A stretch of DNA of 64,000 nt from the NCBI GenBank assembly GCA_037447605.1, contig CM074811.1, forward strand, positions 1,426,001 through 1,490,000, given 5' to 3'. Below are positions 13,401 through 24,600 of the stretch, piece by piece; the stretch's first letter is position 1; each line of letters opens with the position of its first letter. Both the position numbers and the translations under genes were made by a program. The DNA comes from Zygnema circumcarinatum SAG 698-1b. Its lineage: Eukaryota; Plantae; Zygnematophyceae. A model generated the notes under the pieces. It saw only the letters and a list, made by a program, of their open reading frames with translations, searched no databases and was not told the origin of the DNA.

Positions 13401-16400
13401 GCACAGATGAGTAACGCATTTTTTTCCTCAGCTCCAAAAATCGTGCTTCAGTAGTGATGCATGCACCACGTGACTCATTAAGCAGCAGTCATAATCGACC
13501 GGTTACTCACTGCAAGTTGGCTTGCCTTCATTACAAATTTTGTCACTCAGGAGACTACGAATGAAGACATTAACAAATCTCCTTCAGAATACAAGGTATG
13601 CAAAAAAGGAAAAAGTGAGGTCTCCTCAGGGCAATGGAAGTACATATTCTTCTGCTAATCCAAGCTCCCTATACTTTGTTTCAAAGTCTTCTTCGCATCG
13701 GAAATGATGACGACAAGAAATAAATCTCACAGATAAAGAACAGAAGAAAATTTAGGAAAATAACACTAGTGATTTTTTTGGATAGTAACTATTTGATTAC
13801 AAAGTGCTACCTCAACGTGCTCACCAGTAAATAAGAGGGATTGCCATCAGCAACTCGTCATCTCGAATCCATACCTGCACCTCTACTGGCCCCATTGCTG
13901 CTTTTAATGCCGCTGCTTTACTACCACTAAATGAGTTCCATACATTATATTGGGCTACTATCACTACCGTAAGGTTGGTTAAAGAAGGCAAACCTTCCAT
14001 GGCAAAACCTATGTCTATGGCAGCATCAGCCTTTCTGTCACTAGAGCCCACTTGTGAAATTTGCCACATGTAGAGGAATACAGTCTTCCACTTTGATAAA
14101 CCTTCTTTTTCCTCCTGGATGTGTGAGTCTATGCCATTCATACGCACTACATAGCTCAGACATGCATTAGGAAAAAGAATTTCAGCAAGATCCCATCGGC
14201 AAAAGGATTTGCTACGTACAATCAAATCGGCGCATGTTTGCCGGCCATCCAAAGCGTTCGTGAATTCCGTCTCCAATGGCAGCTGCACAGAGAGGAGGAC
14301 AGGGTCCGAAGGAACTCAATCAAGAAAACAAACTTTGAATGGGCATCCAAGCAATCTTTAGCCTATCGTCAAGTGTCATTACAATTGCCAGTTAATTATG
14401 GAGGCTCGAGTTGACAGAGTCTGCTGCTCCAGCAACATTTTCTCCATTCAAATTGGAAAATATCTGATAGCCTATCATTAAGTCAACAAGCTGGAACACT
14501 TGACGTTCTCGAAAGAAGGAATGCCTTTTTGTCTCGCTTAAACCATTCAATCCTAAAGATTAATTGGCAGCTCACCCGCTGCTTCTGTCGATGTGAATCC
14601 ATGCTTCCGCAAATTCACGCACATACGCTCACAAGTCACCCGGAACGAGAGCTGCAACTCGTTGAATGTTTGATTCTGGCCATCGGCATGTGAAGCAGCC
14701 CCATCTTCACCTCCTCTCAGAGTCAGCAGCTGCGCTGATTGAGCTGTATTCGTCTCTTTTGTCTCCAAAGAGAACCCTAAAAATGTCTGCCATGACTTGT
14801 AGAGTGCCAAAGCATCGAGCCATTCAATCTGCACATTCCATAGGAAGAGTGGGAGTAAAGAGAAGAAGGAAAATAACTTCATGTACCGACTATCACGAGG
14901 GCGCGTGGACTTCTTTTGCTCTCTTATCATCAAAGATGCGCCGAATAAGATCTGACACTTGAAAAAATACGTACAGAAAGACAAGGATATAAAAAAATAC
15001 AAGATATGACTGCTTATGAACGATAAAATGAGACACAAAACCACTCCATGAATAGCTGAGAAATGAAGGAGTACTGTAAGGACCAACAGAACCATCCATC
15101 TTATGTATCAGTATGCAGTATAGAAGAGTTTTCCTAGCTCCACCTCAAGAAAAAACGAAGCCCTTCGGTAGTTGCTGGCCATGGAGAGGGAAACTGTGTT
15201 GCTGCCTCTTTGACTCAATATCTGTGACTTTTAACAAGAGGAACTCGACTAGTGCTCCCCCAGGTGATGGACATCAATGAATAGATTGACATCCGTCCCT
15301 TAATTCTATTTCGAAAACAAGTTATTTACTCTGATTGCAGGGAGGTATCAGAAGATCCTGGCTCACTTGATAGGCAAGACCTTTGAAGTAGTCGATACCT
15401 CTCGCTTTGTCATGGGGGATATCCTGTAAAAAAGAAGTTAACTCAATGTTATCGAGCTGGCATCAACTAGAATTTGAAACAAAACATTCAGAAAGGACGA
15501 AGGAAGAGGTTGGTTGGGAGAGAGAGGCTCAAGAGCTAAGGGACAAGTGCTCCTGCTTCCCGACCTTCACAGCGCTTTCACTTTGGCTCGACACAATATT
15601 CCTAGAAACACAATTACTCTCATATTCGTAATAAGCTATGAGTACTATGTCTCGCACTCCAAAAGAGATTTTCAAGTGATAGGTGCATACCTTCTGTAAT
15701 GCCAAAAAGGCGTAGACGTTGTCTGCAGATCGCAGTCTGGCAATGACCTACCACAGACTCCAGGACCATCATTATATCCTTCAGCATTTCCTCCCAATTC
15801 GTCTGCCAACAGATTTCAAAGGCTGTCTCTTTGTAAAATTTATCCCAGTTGCGCAACCTTGATTCTACAGTGCATCTCAATCCACAACTGCACTCTTACT
15901 CATGTGAGGAAATAAGGAAAATATCCTATGCCAGTTCCTCCAGAATGTAAAATCTCGTTCCATGCATTATGGAAACGAAGTAATCGTTCCAAGATATCAA
16001 GAAAGACTAATCTCATCCATAACAATCTTCATGAAAGAAGTTGGTCAAGGGGAAGCTAGATTCTCAAATGTTACATTTAGCTCCAATTCGTGAGTTTTAT
16101 TTGTTCCGGTACGTTAAAGATTGTCTTTAATGCTTTTCTTTTCGGAAGAAGCACTGCATTGTATGATGGGTGTAGTGTTTGTCTTCTCTCAAGTTCCGCC
16201 AAAAAGTCTGCCATACCTCAGGGGGTTGCTCCGTCGAGAAAACTACTCCACCATGCACGGCAGAATCGAAAGAAGCTCCCTTCCGTCCATCATTCCCTCC
16301 ATTCAAAACTCCAAGAGCGGCCACCTGCAACCCATTCTCACATGTCTATACATAACTAAAGCCAGCTCCTCCTGTTTGCAAGGAACAAACTCGGTTACCC

Positions 16401-16668
16401 TCAGCGGTATTCCCTCGCTAAGAGCAACACCAAAAGTAGCAGCACCATAAATTAACTTCGAAATTCAAGCATATACCTAAAATCATTTCCTGTACATTCC
16501 TTCGCAGCTGGAAAGCAGTACATTTTCCAGCAACTGTGCAAACCAGCCATCTGAACGCGGGCGCAGAACGGTGCAGAGGCAGCTTCAGAGGGATCGCACC
16601 TCTTCGCGGAGCACGTCCTCCAAGCCGCCCGCTGCCGCAGCGAAATAGCGACCAGCCATGGCCGCCAT
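10455..16668 (-). CDS. THUMP-domain SAM-dependent RNA methyltransferase (THUMPD2/THUMPD3/Trm14-like, putative tRNA m2G)
   Basis: Start MAAMAGRYFAAAAGGLEDVLREE. THUMP segment SFRVTCER...HGFTSTEAAGEL (~14560-14660). Then LKPSTAYALLQLADIREGHTVLDPM|CGGGTIPLE (~12790-12290), WDACHLPLRDGCIDRIICDMPFG (~11870-11950), GKAVLMAQ...HVDME and last exon GIRVDVMVLQRT...* (stop at 10455). Confidence 0.85.
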
Positions 16669-16734
16669 ACCTTCTACTCCTTCCCGCCAACTCGCGCCCT
16701 CTCTCTCCCTCCCTCGCTTGCCTGCAGCGGCGGG

Positions 16735-16860
16735 AAGAGACGTCACGTCACGTCATGTTGCGTCATGGTGTGTCACGTCCCGTCACTTCAACTCTTCTAT
16801 GCTCCGTGCGATCCCTCTCGCTGTGATGTGATGTCATCATGATGATGCGTGACATCATCC
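16735..16860. promoter_or_regulatory. Cluster of (G)TCACGTCA / TGACGT ACGT-core motifs upstream of the THUMP gene
   Basis: cgtcacgtcacgtcatgttgcgtcatggtgtgtcacgtcccgtcac lies about 70-190 bp upstream of the ATG. Function is inferred only from resemblance to bZIP/bHLH sites. Confidence 0.35.
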
Positions 16861-17903
16861 GGTTGACTGGTGGGCACTTCTCACTTGAGGGCCAAACGTT
16901 ACACGCACCAACCGTGGGATTCAATGGCTGCTAGCCATTGCCAACGGTTGGTAGCCATTGATTTGGCGAGCCAGCCAACCATTGCCAATGGTATGCCAAT
17001 AGTTTTAATGGCTAATAGGAGATGATTGCACATCCACGCTAGTTCGCAATACAAATGGTTAAGCCGTTGTTCCCAATTACTACGAAACGGGAATTCGAAT
17101 CCGCCAGATGACGTGTCAATTTGCGCTTTCTGTGTCATGGTTCCATCCATTGCAATGGCTATAAAAAGATTTTTTTTTCTTACATGAGCCATCCTTGTCA
17201 GCCACAATATGCACATGGTAACATGGACAACAAGTACAGGAAAACGGGTATGCATGTGACAACATGGCATAGACTCCTTTTTTTAGTATTGAGCCGTCAT
17301 CACGCACCACATGCTATGACATCGCACCTCCCCACGCTGATCCCATCCACCGACAAAGCACGAGCCTTGCATGAACCCTAACTGTGCTTCACTCTCCCTC
17401 TCGCCTTCTCTCTGCTCCCCTCCTTCCGCCGCACAGCCACCGCCTCACACTCTCTCCCACTCTCTCTTCCCTCCACTCTATGACAGAGGCCGATCTCGTT
17501 GAGCCCTCGCCGAAGCACGAGTGCAAACTCCGCAGTTTCCAATTCCACAGGCTCGCTCGCCAAATTTTCCTCCACTCCGCGCTTTATTGTACCGCCCTCT
17601 CAAGGAGCCTCACAGAAACACGCCAAGGGGAGGCCAGCCATTGGTGGCGACCAAGGGCAGCCCTAACTATGAGTTTGCGTCGTAGCAGTTTTGCCAAAAA
17701 TGAGAGCGACTGCACACGGACGGACGGACCGGGCGAGGCCTCCCATCCGCGGGGAGGGAGGGAGGGAGGGAGGGAGGGAGTGGAGGGAGGACGGGAGAGA
17801 GGGAGGGAGGGAGGCTCTTGGGGAGGGCGGGCCATGTTCCGCATAAAGTGTTGGTACCGTTACCAGAATTTGCACGCTGGTTGTATGGCGTTCAAGAGTG
17901 CGC

Positions 17904-19986
17904 CTAAAACTTGAAGTTCTCTTTGAGGAATTGCACCATCTCTTGCTGCGCATGCACCAAACACGAGGGGGATGCACCTGGTCATGTTATGAGCAAAAAG
18001 CGCAAGCGTGACGTTCCGCTTTAGCTTCAGAATCACATTCTCGCGGCCTTTAGGAAGGGGAACTCACGAGGAAGAAGAGGTAAAAGCAGCCCGCGAGGCC
18101 GGGAAAGACGATGTACCACCATTTCAGCACATGGAATTTGGGAGCATCGATAAATATGAGTGGCAGACCGGCAGCTGCACCAACGACACCCAAATCACCC
18201 GCGATGAAACCACTAAGAGATTGCAGAATATTTTCAAAGGTGACCCAATCCAATGCCGATTAGTTTTTCAGTTACATTTAGAATAAAGATTTGGCTCTTC
18301 AATAGTCTTATTTCTTCGGGTTTTTTTAAAGTACCGATTTGCTTTACGTCCTAAAGGTTGCTTGTTTTCGGTGAAGCAGCAGCAGCAGCTGTACCTGGCG
18401 GATGTACGGAGCCCGTGAACTGCATATACGCAATGCAAACTGCCAAAGCCGCCGCCCGAGTGGCCCAGCCGGGTCCGAAAAACGACAAAGCGAGAACGCT
18501 TATAAGGGCACAGCCCAAATGGCCCACGATCACATTCCACTTCTGCATGCCATGCCATGCCATGCCATGCCATGCATGTCAAAAAATCTGAAAAAAGGAA
18601 ACATAAGGTAGCAGCAGTGTTAGAAGAAGAAGGAGAAGAAGAATTAGGGTTGGCGAAATTGGGGCGGACCTGCGAGGCGGGGGCTCGGGGGGCGGTGAAG
18701 AGGAGGACGATGATGGCGCCGAAGGATCCGAGGGTCATGGTGAGGCCACGTGGCGCCAGGAGAGAGTCCATGTACGAGAACCCCGCCATGGCTGCAAAGG
18801 CGCCTGCTCCCACAGGTCGCCACGTGTCACTTTTGGGAGGCTGCTATGCTGCAGGAGCTACACTGGGGGAGGGCGAGCGAGAATTGAGGCTGACAGAAGG
18901 AGAGAAGGGAGAGGGACAAAAGGGAGAGGAAGGGAAGGGAGAGGAGGAGCATTGGAAGAAGAGAGGAGGAGCAGAAGCAATAGAGGACGAGTCAAGCTGC
19001 CAGTCCTCACCAGCAGCAGTCCAAACCATGTCACTCAAAGGCGGCCGGGAGTCGCCCCCCAGCTTCTTAGCGTACTGCACAAATTTCTCCCAAAACACAC
19101 GAGATTCAGAAACCTATGCTGTTAAAATGCAAGAACAAATCATACAAATATATTTAAACGCATGCATAGAAAGGTATTTGAATATTAGCGACATTAAAGC
19201 TGCCAAGATGTAATCTTAAAAGCATGGACATAGACATGCATAGAACATAAATGTGTCAAAGAATTACAGATGCTCAATTTGATACTTTACGGATACTAAA
19301 TTGAATTAAGTTCCTAGAATACGATTCTCTTCCTCTCTCCCTCCCCTCCCTTTCTCCCTCACCTCCTTCCCTTCTCCCAACTCCTCCCTCCTTCCCCTTC
19401 CTCGCTCCTCCCAACTCCTCCCTCCTCCCAACTCCTCCCTCTCTCCCCTCCCTCCCTCCTCCCAACTCCTCCATCACCCCCCTCCCTCTCTCCTCCCAAC
19501 TCCTCCCTCCCTCCCCACCCTCCTCCCAACTCCTCCCTCTCTCCCCTCCCTCCCTCCTCCCAACTCCCTCTTCCCAACTCCTCCCTCCCTCCTATCCCTC
19601 CTCCCAACTCCTCCCTCCTCCCATCCCTCCTCCCAACTCCTCCCTCTCCCTCCCTCCCTCCTCCCAACTCCCCCTCCCAACTCCTTCCCTCCTCCCAACT
19701 CCTTCCTCCTCCCAGCTCCTCCCTCCCTCCCCTCCCCCCTTCTTTCCCACACCTCATGGAAGCGCGACCCCCCTCCGGGCGAGAGCGGCTGCGCGAGCGA
19801 GGCCTGCGCCACCCCTCGCTTCCTCCGAGAGGGCGGGGGGCCGCGCAGTAGCGAGGGTCCACCAATCTCCACGCTCCACGTGGCACCCCCCGGGGAGCAC
19901 CGTCCCATGCTCTGCCGCGCGGGGAGGCAGTCAAACGCCGCGGGGCGGAAGAGGGCCCGGCCCGCCAGCTGTGCAGCGACCGCCAT
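17904..19986 (-). CDS. HPP-family integral membrane protein, plastid nitrite transporter NITR2-like
   Basis: Transit-peptide-like exon 1 (19986-19753). Then RPPLSDMVWTAAG|AFAAMAGF...GSFGAIIVLLFTAPRAPASQ|WNVIVGHLGC...GPGWATRAAALAVCIAYMQFTGSVHPP|AAGLPLIFIDAPKFHVLKWWYIVFPG...|QEMVQFLKENFKF*. The HPP motif and C-terminus resemble plant HPP proteins. Confidence 0.9.
18540..18580. repeat. (CATGC)n pentanucleotide tandem in an HPP intron
   Basis: tgcatgccatgccatgccatgccatgccatgcatg. Confidence 0.8.
19325..19745. repeat. Polypyrimidine minisatellite (CTCCCAACTCCTCCCT-like units) in HPP intron 1
   Basis: About a dozen copies of ctcccaactcc embedded in a C/T tract. Confidence 0.85.
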
Positions 19987-20004
19987 GGTCCCTTTGACCC
20001 TCTG

Positions 20005-20210
20005 CCGTGGGGGGAGAGAGGGAATGGGAGAGGGAAAGTGGGGGGAGAGGGAGGAAGGGAGGGGTAGGAAGAGAGAGGGAGGTTGAGACAGAGGGAGAGG
20101 GAGAAGGCGGGCGAGGGGAGGGAGAGGGAGAGAGATGGAGCGGAAGAATGCGGGGGGAGGGAGAGAGGGAGAGGGAGGGAGAGGGCGAGGGAGAGGGGGC
20201 GAGCGGGGCG
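20005..20210. repeat. GA-rich low-complexity tract upstream of the HPP start codon
   Basis: Nearly pure G/A sequence. Confidence 0.75.
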
Positions 20211-20983
20211 CGGCGGGTCGCGCGGCTCTTTGCAGCGGCAGACGTCGGCGCTTCCGTCAGCCGGCGGCCGCCATATCATCCAATGGGAGGGAGCCACGTG
20301 ACGAGACGCGGGGCCTGGCGGCCAGCGCCCCGAGCCGTAAGCCAATTGCAAAATGCCACGTGGAAACAGCAAGAGGAAGTAGTAGCTGACGTGGAACGTG
20401 TCGGTGGGATCTGATTGGTCCTAAATGTCGGTAACAATCGGAGAATGTCGGCGGGTCAAGCCGCTCGCGATTGGGTCCGAGGGTGGCTGTACGGACGAAG
20501 TAGTGGACGTGACGTTTGATTTGTCTTTTTGCCGCTTAATGACATCAGCAACAAACTCCGAGTTTCCAGTTTTCAGTTTGCAGTTTCCGGCGGCCCCATG
20601 GGCCCATAGGCCCCAGTGGGGGTCCCCATACTGCAAGCTATGGGGCTATTGGGCCTATGGCGGATGGTGGCCATGGCCATGGCCCACACGGGCCATGGCA
20701 TGCATCATGCCATGCGCCATGCGTGCTGGGCATAACATAGAATGCGTGGATAGAGAAAGGAACTGGGGTAAAGCACCCTCCAATGTGAGAGCCAACCAGC
20801 ATGAAGGTTACGGACCTCAGCCCTCCATAGGGGACAGAGTGCCGAATAGTTTGGGCCCGCTCTCGGGCCAATAATTTCATATATGTCACCGAGTACATGG
20901 TACAGACTAAGTCCCTCGTCAGCCAGTGGTTCCCTAGCTCCTGCTTACCCTCCACACTGTAAATGATCAACAACGTATCTCTA

Positions 20984-21040
20984 CCCCCCCCCCCCCCCCC
21001 CCCCCCCCCNNNNNNNNNNCCCCCCCCCCCCCCCCCCCCC
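20984..21040. other. Assembly gap (10 N at 21010-21019) flanked by poly-C runs
   Basis: N characters are in the sequence. Confidence 0.97.
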
Positions 21041-21652
21041 CTTCCCACCACCTTCCTCATTTCTCTTACTTGCTCCATCACACACATGCACTCTTTCTGT
21101 ACAACCTGAGAGAAGCCCCTCCTTGAGAAGGCGCCTCAGCATAGTCTCGCATTTGAGGTGCATCAGACATTATTGCATGACTACGCCGCCTGAGTCAAAA
21201 ACCCAAAATAGCAGAGCATTGCTGTGGAGCCTACACATCCCTTTAATCCTCAAAGATGTAAACCTCCACCTCGCCCTTCAGGAAGCAAATGCTGACATCA
21301 GCATGTGCAGCGCAGTGGACGCGGATATTCTGCGAAAGACCTCCTCGTGTTGGAGGCTCTGCAGATTCACCAGTTGAATGTTGAAACCTTTTGGGAGAGC
21401 TGTTCACCAGAACTCGACAAGCTTAAGATGTGTGCTGGGATTCAGCACCCCCCAGTCAAACATCCCCTGCAGGAGACGGATAACCCTCCCCACCATAGAT
21501 TTAGCTCAGAGACAGCAACCTGGAGGAGAGTTCAGCCTAAAGACCTGAAACAACTGAGAAACAAAGAAGCGAATAGAAAAATGGACCCGAACAACCCAAC
21601 CGTTGGTTACCTTGTTCGTCCACAAGGCAAGGCAATGAAGCCGATTTCCTGA

Positions 21653-24600
21653 TCACGCTCCATCACCAAAGTCATCGTTTGAGGAGTCGGAATCCGAATC
21701 GGAGTCAGCAGTTCGCTGAGTTTGCCATTTCTTCCGAAGGATGTCTGCCGTCCCTTCTTGGGGCAGAGGTCTTCCCACGACTGTTTGGGTCGACAAGGCA
21801 GAGAGAGTGCTCCGAGGAGAGTGGGGAGGAGATGTGCTCGCAGACTGCCTCTCCTCCTGCTCTATTAGCTGCTGCTGCCGCAACTCCTCCTGCTCCTTCA
21901 TCAATTGGGCTTTCTCCTGAGCGTGCTTTTTCCGAGCCTCTGCCTCCGCTACCTTTTGTACTCGATCGTTTTCAAGCTTTTTCCGCCTTTCATTCTCCGC
22001 ATGCGCCTTTTTGAAGAGGAGGACAAAGTCGTTCATGATGCTAAAGACTGCACTTCCCTCCCACCATCCGTCGGCACATCAGTTGAGGCTCTACAGATGT
22101 GTGAGACTTCTGTTGGTTGTTGATACCTTTATGGTTGACCCAACAATGCAGCTTCTAATCAGAAGCAACGAAGTTGTTTTTTCCTTTACTCAACGCAGAG
22201 AGCAGGCAGAGTCCCTCCAGCTTGTCTTCTATCTCTGATAACTGAGTAAAGTTGATGTCGGAATCTGACATAGTGGGTTTTAACCAACAATGCCTAGGGG
22301 TCCATATCCTCATCAGCCGTCACCACAACACCGCTCTCACTCGGGGAGAGCGCCGCTCGGGGACATTGTGAGAAACGAGATACAGACAGAGAAATGAAGT
22401 AGCATAGTAAACAGAAATGAGAGGGAGGGGGGAAGGAAACAGAAGAGGGAGAGAGAAAGGGACAGGCACATATAAAAGTGCGGGAAGGAAGGAAGAGGAA
22501 AAGGGAGAGAAGAAGCGAGAGAGAGAAGGGGGCGAAAGTACAAGCCACACTTACTTTCGTTGAATGGCATATTTGCATCTCCTCCTAAGTATTTAATGAG
22601 AGCTGTGGTGCTCTTTGCCTACAGCCCTCCTTCCCAATTCCAATAGTGAATGGCGCGCACAGGAAGAATGCCACAGGGAGAATGGCAGAGGAGTGTGAAT
22701 TGGAGCGAGAGATGGTGTCAGGAGGAGAGGGAGAAAAGGGGAGGGAGAGAGGCGGGGAGAGGGAGAGAGAGAGAGGCGGGGAGAGGGAGAGAGAGAGAGG
22801 CGGGGCGAGGGAGAGAGAGAGAGGGAGACTACCTGACCCTCAAAGAAACGTTCAGCTCATTCTTTTTATCCAACCATTATAATTGAGAAAAGAGTCAGAG
22901 CCCATAACATAATACAACAAGATCAAAAGAAAGCCTCGTACCATCTCTGCCATTGCTGCATGAAGCCTTGCCAAAGCCGGTTCCACTTCCCTGTTGAGAT
23001 AGGACTCGATTTCCTGCCAGAATATCACCGAAACACATTTAGACCCAAAAAACTGAGAGCAAAAAAAGGAAATCAGATGGATGGTAGAAGGAACACATAC
23101 CCGGCAAGCTACAGAAAGAGGGAGAAGATTAAGATCAATGGCTTGCAGCTCCACTGCGGCTGCAGCATCTCTCTTAGCCTTCTCCTTCACCATTGCTTCC
23201 TCCGAACGTCTTTTTTCACTCTCAGCCTCCTCCTTCCACTGCCTCTCCTCTCTCTCCTTTTCTGTCTCAACTCGTTTGTCCTTCCCTTCACTTTTGTTCT
23301 CGAGTTCCTGTACCGCATCTCCATTCCCCTTCACTGAAGCTCTCAGGTGTACGGACGGGTCAGTCCCCTGATCAATGGCCCTCAGCCTCTTCGCATCATT
23401 ATCTTCAAAAACCATTTTCGCAACTTCTTGGTCTTTCTGCTTCTTGTCAAGGCGATCTTTCTCTGCACGAAGTGTTTTGAGTTCCTCCTTTGCCTCCCTC
23501 CTACCGTCTTCAATTTCTCGCACTGAGTCTTCTAATCCCTTCTTCTCCACCTGTCGCCATAACATAGCCCAATCCTCAAAAAAAAAAGCAAATAAACGCA
23601 CGCATGTGCAATCCAACTTTTGTTCTAGTGCTCTATGATTTGCCTGTTGTCTTCATTGACTACTGCCAAAATATGAGTAATCAAAAGTACCCATGTGGGG
23701 TGCGACCTTTCAGATTCTACTTATCAGGCGACGGATTCAGCATTCAGCATTCAGCATTTCGACTCACCTTCAGTAGTTCTGCGCTGAGCAGGTATTTGCC
23801 GTCATCTGCAAAGTCTTCATAGAAGTCGAGCAAATCCGTTCGCCTCTCAGCCAAAACCTGTTGAAGACGACCCCCCTCTAACTTCAGCATCCATATCAAC
23901 CTCCCTTGGTTCAAACTTTCATGACCAAAAACAGCTTGAGGCATAGATTCATACATCGATGAGGGAATGGAAGGTGGGTAGCATTCATGAAGCGAAGCAA
24001 AAAAGGAATGGAAAAAAAGGTGCGGACTAGGCATCAGCCTGCTGATAGACATATTACCGCAAGTTCATATAACATTATCGCAACAGGATTGAAGGATAAA
24101 CACTTAAAAGCTGGACAGTGGGTATATGAGAGCGCGACCTACTTTGCAAAGGTAGTGCATGAAGCCCTTTGTGCGGCCCACCACTACGATATCTGCCGGA
24201 GCAATGCCTGCTGCTTTGGCTGTTGCAGTAACAAGAGGCAAAGCGAAAAACGAAGTCACAAACGAGTGGGATAAGTCAGCTCTAACAAGGGAGGGAGGGA
24301 TTAGCAACCTTGAAACCTTTAATCGCCAGAGATGCTGAGTGTCCACATGGTACACACAGAGCGGTTGAACGTAAAGACGACCTAAATGGGCACACTTGTA
24401 AGCATGCTAACTTTGTTCCCTTGTGGAGTTGCAAGCCTTACCACGATTGGTGCCTTCATTGAGCTTGTTTCCAATATCCAGCACAACGCGCAGCACGAGG
24501 GGCAGCCGGCGAGAAGATTGAATCTGCTTCCCATGTCGCATGCTAGCTAGTAAGAAAAACTGTGCCTCTTATTGTTTAATTGTTGACGAGGGACATTCCC

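Noticed and set aside
13821-14288. 155-aa ORF as a separate gene
   Set aside because: It lies inside the THUMP gene on the same strand. Its end (VEVQVWIRDDELLMAIPL) fits the THUMP C-terminal strand, and the rest is probably intron read-through.
7102-16668. Adjacent rhodanese and THUMP genes suggesting a split ThiI-like tRNA thiolation system
   Set aside because: The THUMP protein carries a methyltransferase (DPMCG, DMPFG) rather than a PP-loop domain. The genes are convergent, and adjacency in a eukaryote is weak evidence.
19359-20414. Long Gly/Arg/Glu- or Pro/Leu/Ser-rich ORFs on both strands
   Set aside because: They are translations of GA/CT low-complexity tracts. Only the HPP first exon is supported.
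20984-21040. Long poly-C tract as a biological element
   Set aside because: It spans an N gap, so its true length and content are unknown.
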